DNA of 64,000 nt, taken from Candidatus Eiseniibacteriota bacterium. GTDB lineage: Bacteria > Eisenbacteria > RBG-16-71-46 > JABDJR01. The notes below the pieces were generated by a model. The model was given only the letters and a program-made list of their open reading frames with translations. It did not search any database and was not told the origin of the DNA. The stretch is taken from positions 544,001 through 608,000 of the forward strand of contig CAVXKA010000003.1 of NCBI GenBank assembly GCA_963762255.1, read 5' to 3'. The translations under genes were made by a program, and so were the position numbers. Positions 63,656 through 64,000 of this stretch are shown piece after piece; within the stretch, counting starts at the first letter, position 1, and each line of letters starts with the position of its first letter.

Positions 63656-64000
63656 CGCATCACCCCCGGCGCCGCATTCCGCGCGCCTTTCTCGCTCTCC
63701 TCATCCCCTTCGATCAGCGTCAGCCGAAGCGCGAGGACGCGCTGCGGCTCCGCTGCCGCGATCTCGAACATCGCGCCATCCTCGCGGACGCGCTCCCCCG
63801 GAAGGGGGATGCGCTCGAGGCGATCCAGCACCAATCCCGCCACCGTGTCGTACTCCCCTTCCTCGAGGTCGAGGCCCAGAGCCTCGTTCAGATCCTCCAC
63901 GCGCATGGTCCCCTCCACCCAGTACACGCCCGCCTCGATGCGACGCAGCGGAGACTCTTCCTCGATGTCGAGTTCGTCGCGGATCTCTCCCACCAGCTCC
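63652..64000 (-). CDS. Hemolysin/CorC-family CBS protein, C-terminal part (5' end outside the window)
   Basis: ELVGEIRDE followed by a CorC_HlyC domain (DLNEALG...YDTVAGLV...RIP). Confidence 0.88.
   Translation of the reverse strand, partial: ELVGEIRDELDIEEESPLRRIEAGVYWVEGTMRVEDLNEALGLDLEEGEYDTVAGLVLDRLERIPLPGERVREDGAMFEIAAAEPQRVLALRLTLIEGDEESEKGARNAAPGVMR

Overview
High-GC bacterial chromosome segment. The gene content suggests the FCB group; Ca. Eisenbacteria, Krumholzibacteriota or Latescibacterota is my inference, not a computed placement. Left to right it carries: (1) an adjacent PorX-like REC+PglZ response regulator and PorY-like sensor kinase, serS, and a lipoprotein with a structured leader; (2) a ~23 kb surface-glycan locus (wecA, wza-like, wzz-like, several GT4/GT2, wzx, O-antigen ligase/polymerase, a methyltransferase-Trm112 fusion, a GT-C enzyme, a glycolipid cassette, wzi-like, wecB, rfbB, ugd); (3) pyrK-pyrD-ykvA-pyrF, a SprE/PorW-like TPR lipoprotein, a second GT-C enzyme and two flavoenzymes; (4) a secreted DUF4114-like protein ending in a short TTWGRVKTLFQ tail; (5) a czcCBA-type efflux operon with a small Cys/His leader gene; (6) a PyrR-attenuated pyrR-pyrB-pyrC...carA...carB operon interrupted by accessory genes (small membrane protein, mazEF, DinB-like, a lower-GC PD-(D/E)XK protein), with a recurring GCTCACCCGGGTGAGC palindrome at cassette borders; (7) an aldehyde dehydrogenase, glyQS, eda, a Memo-like gene, recO, DUF502 and a CorC-like gene. 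Six +1 frameshifts, one of them in carB, look like consensus errors. I recognised no rRNA, tRNA, CRISPR array or transposase. The best novelty candidates are the TWG C-terminal tail with T9SS-like genes nearby, and the palindrome-bordered accessory cassettes in the pyr operon. All calls are by eye; no searches were run.
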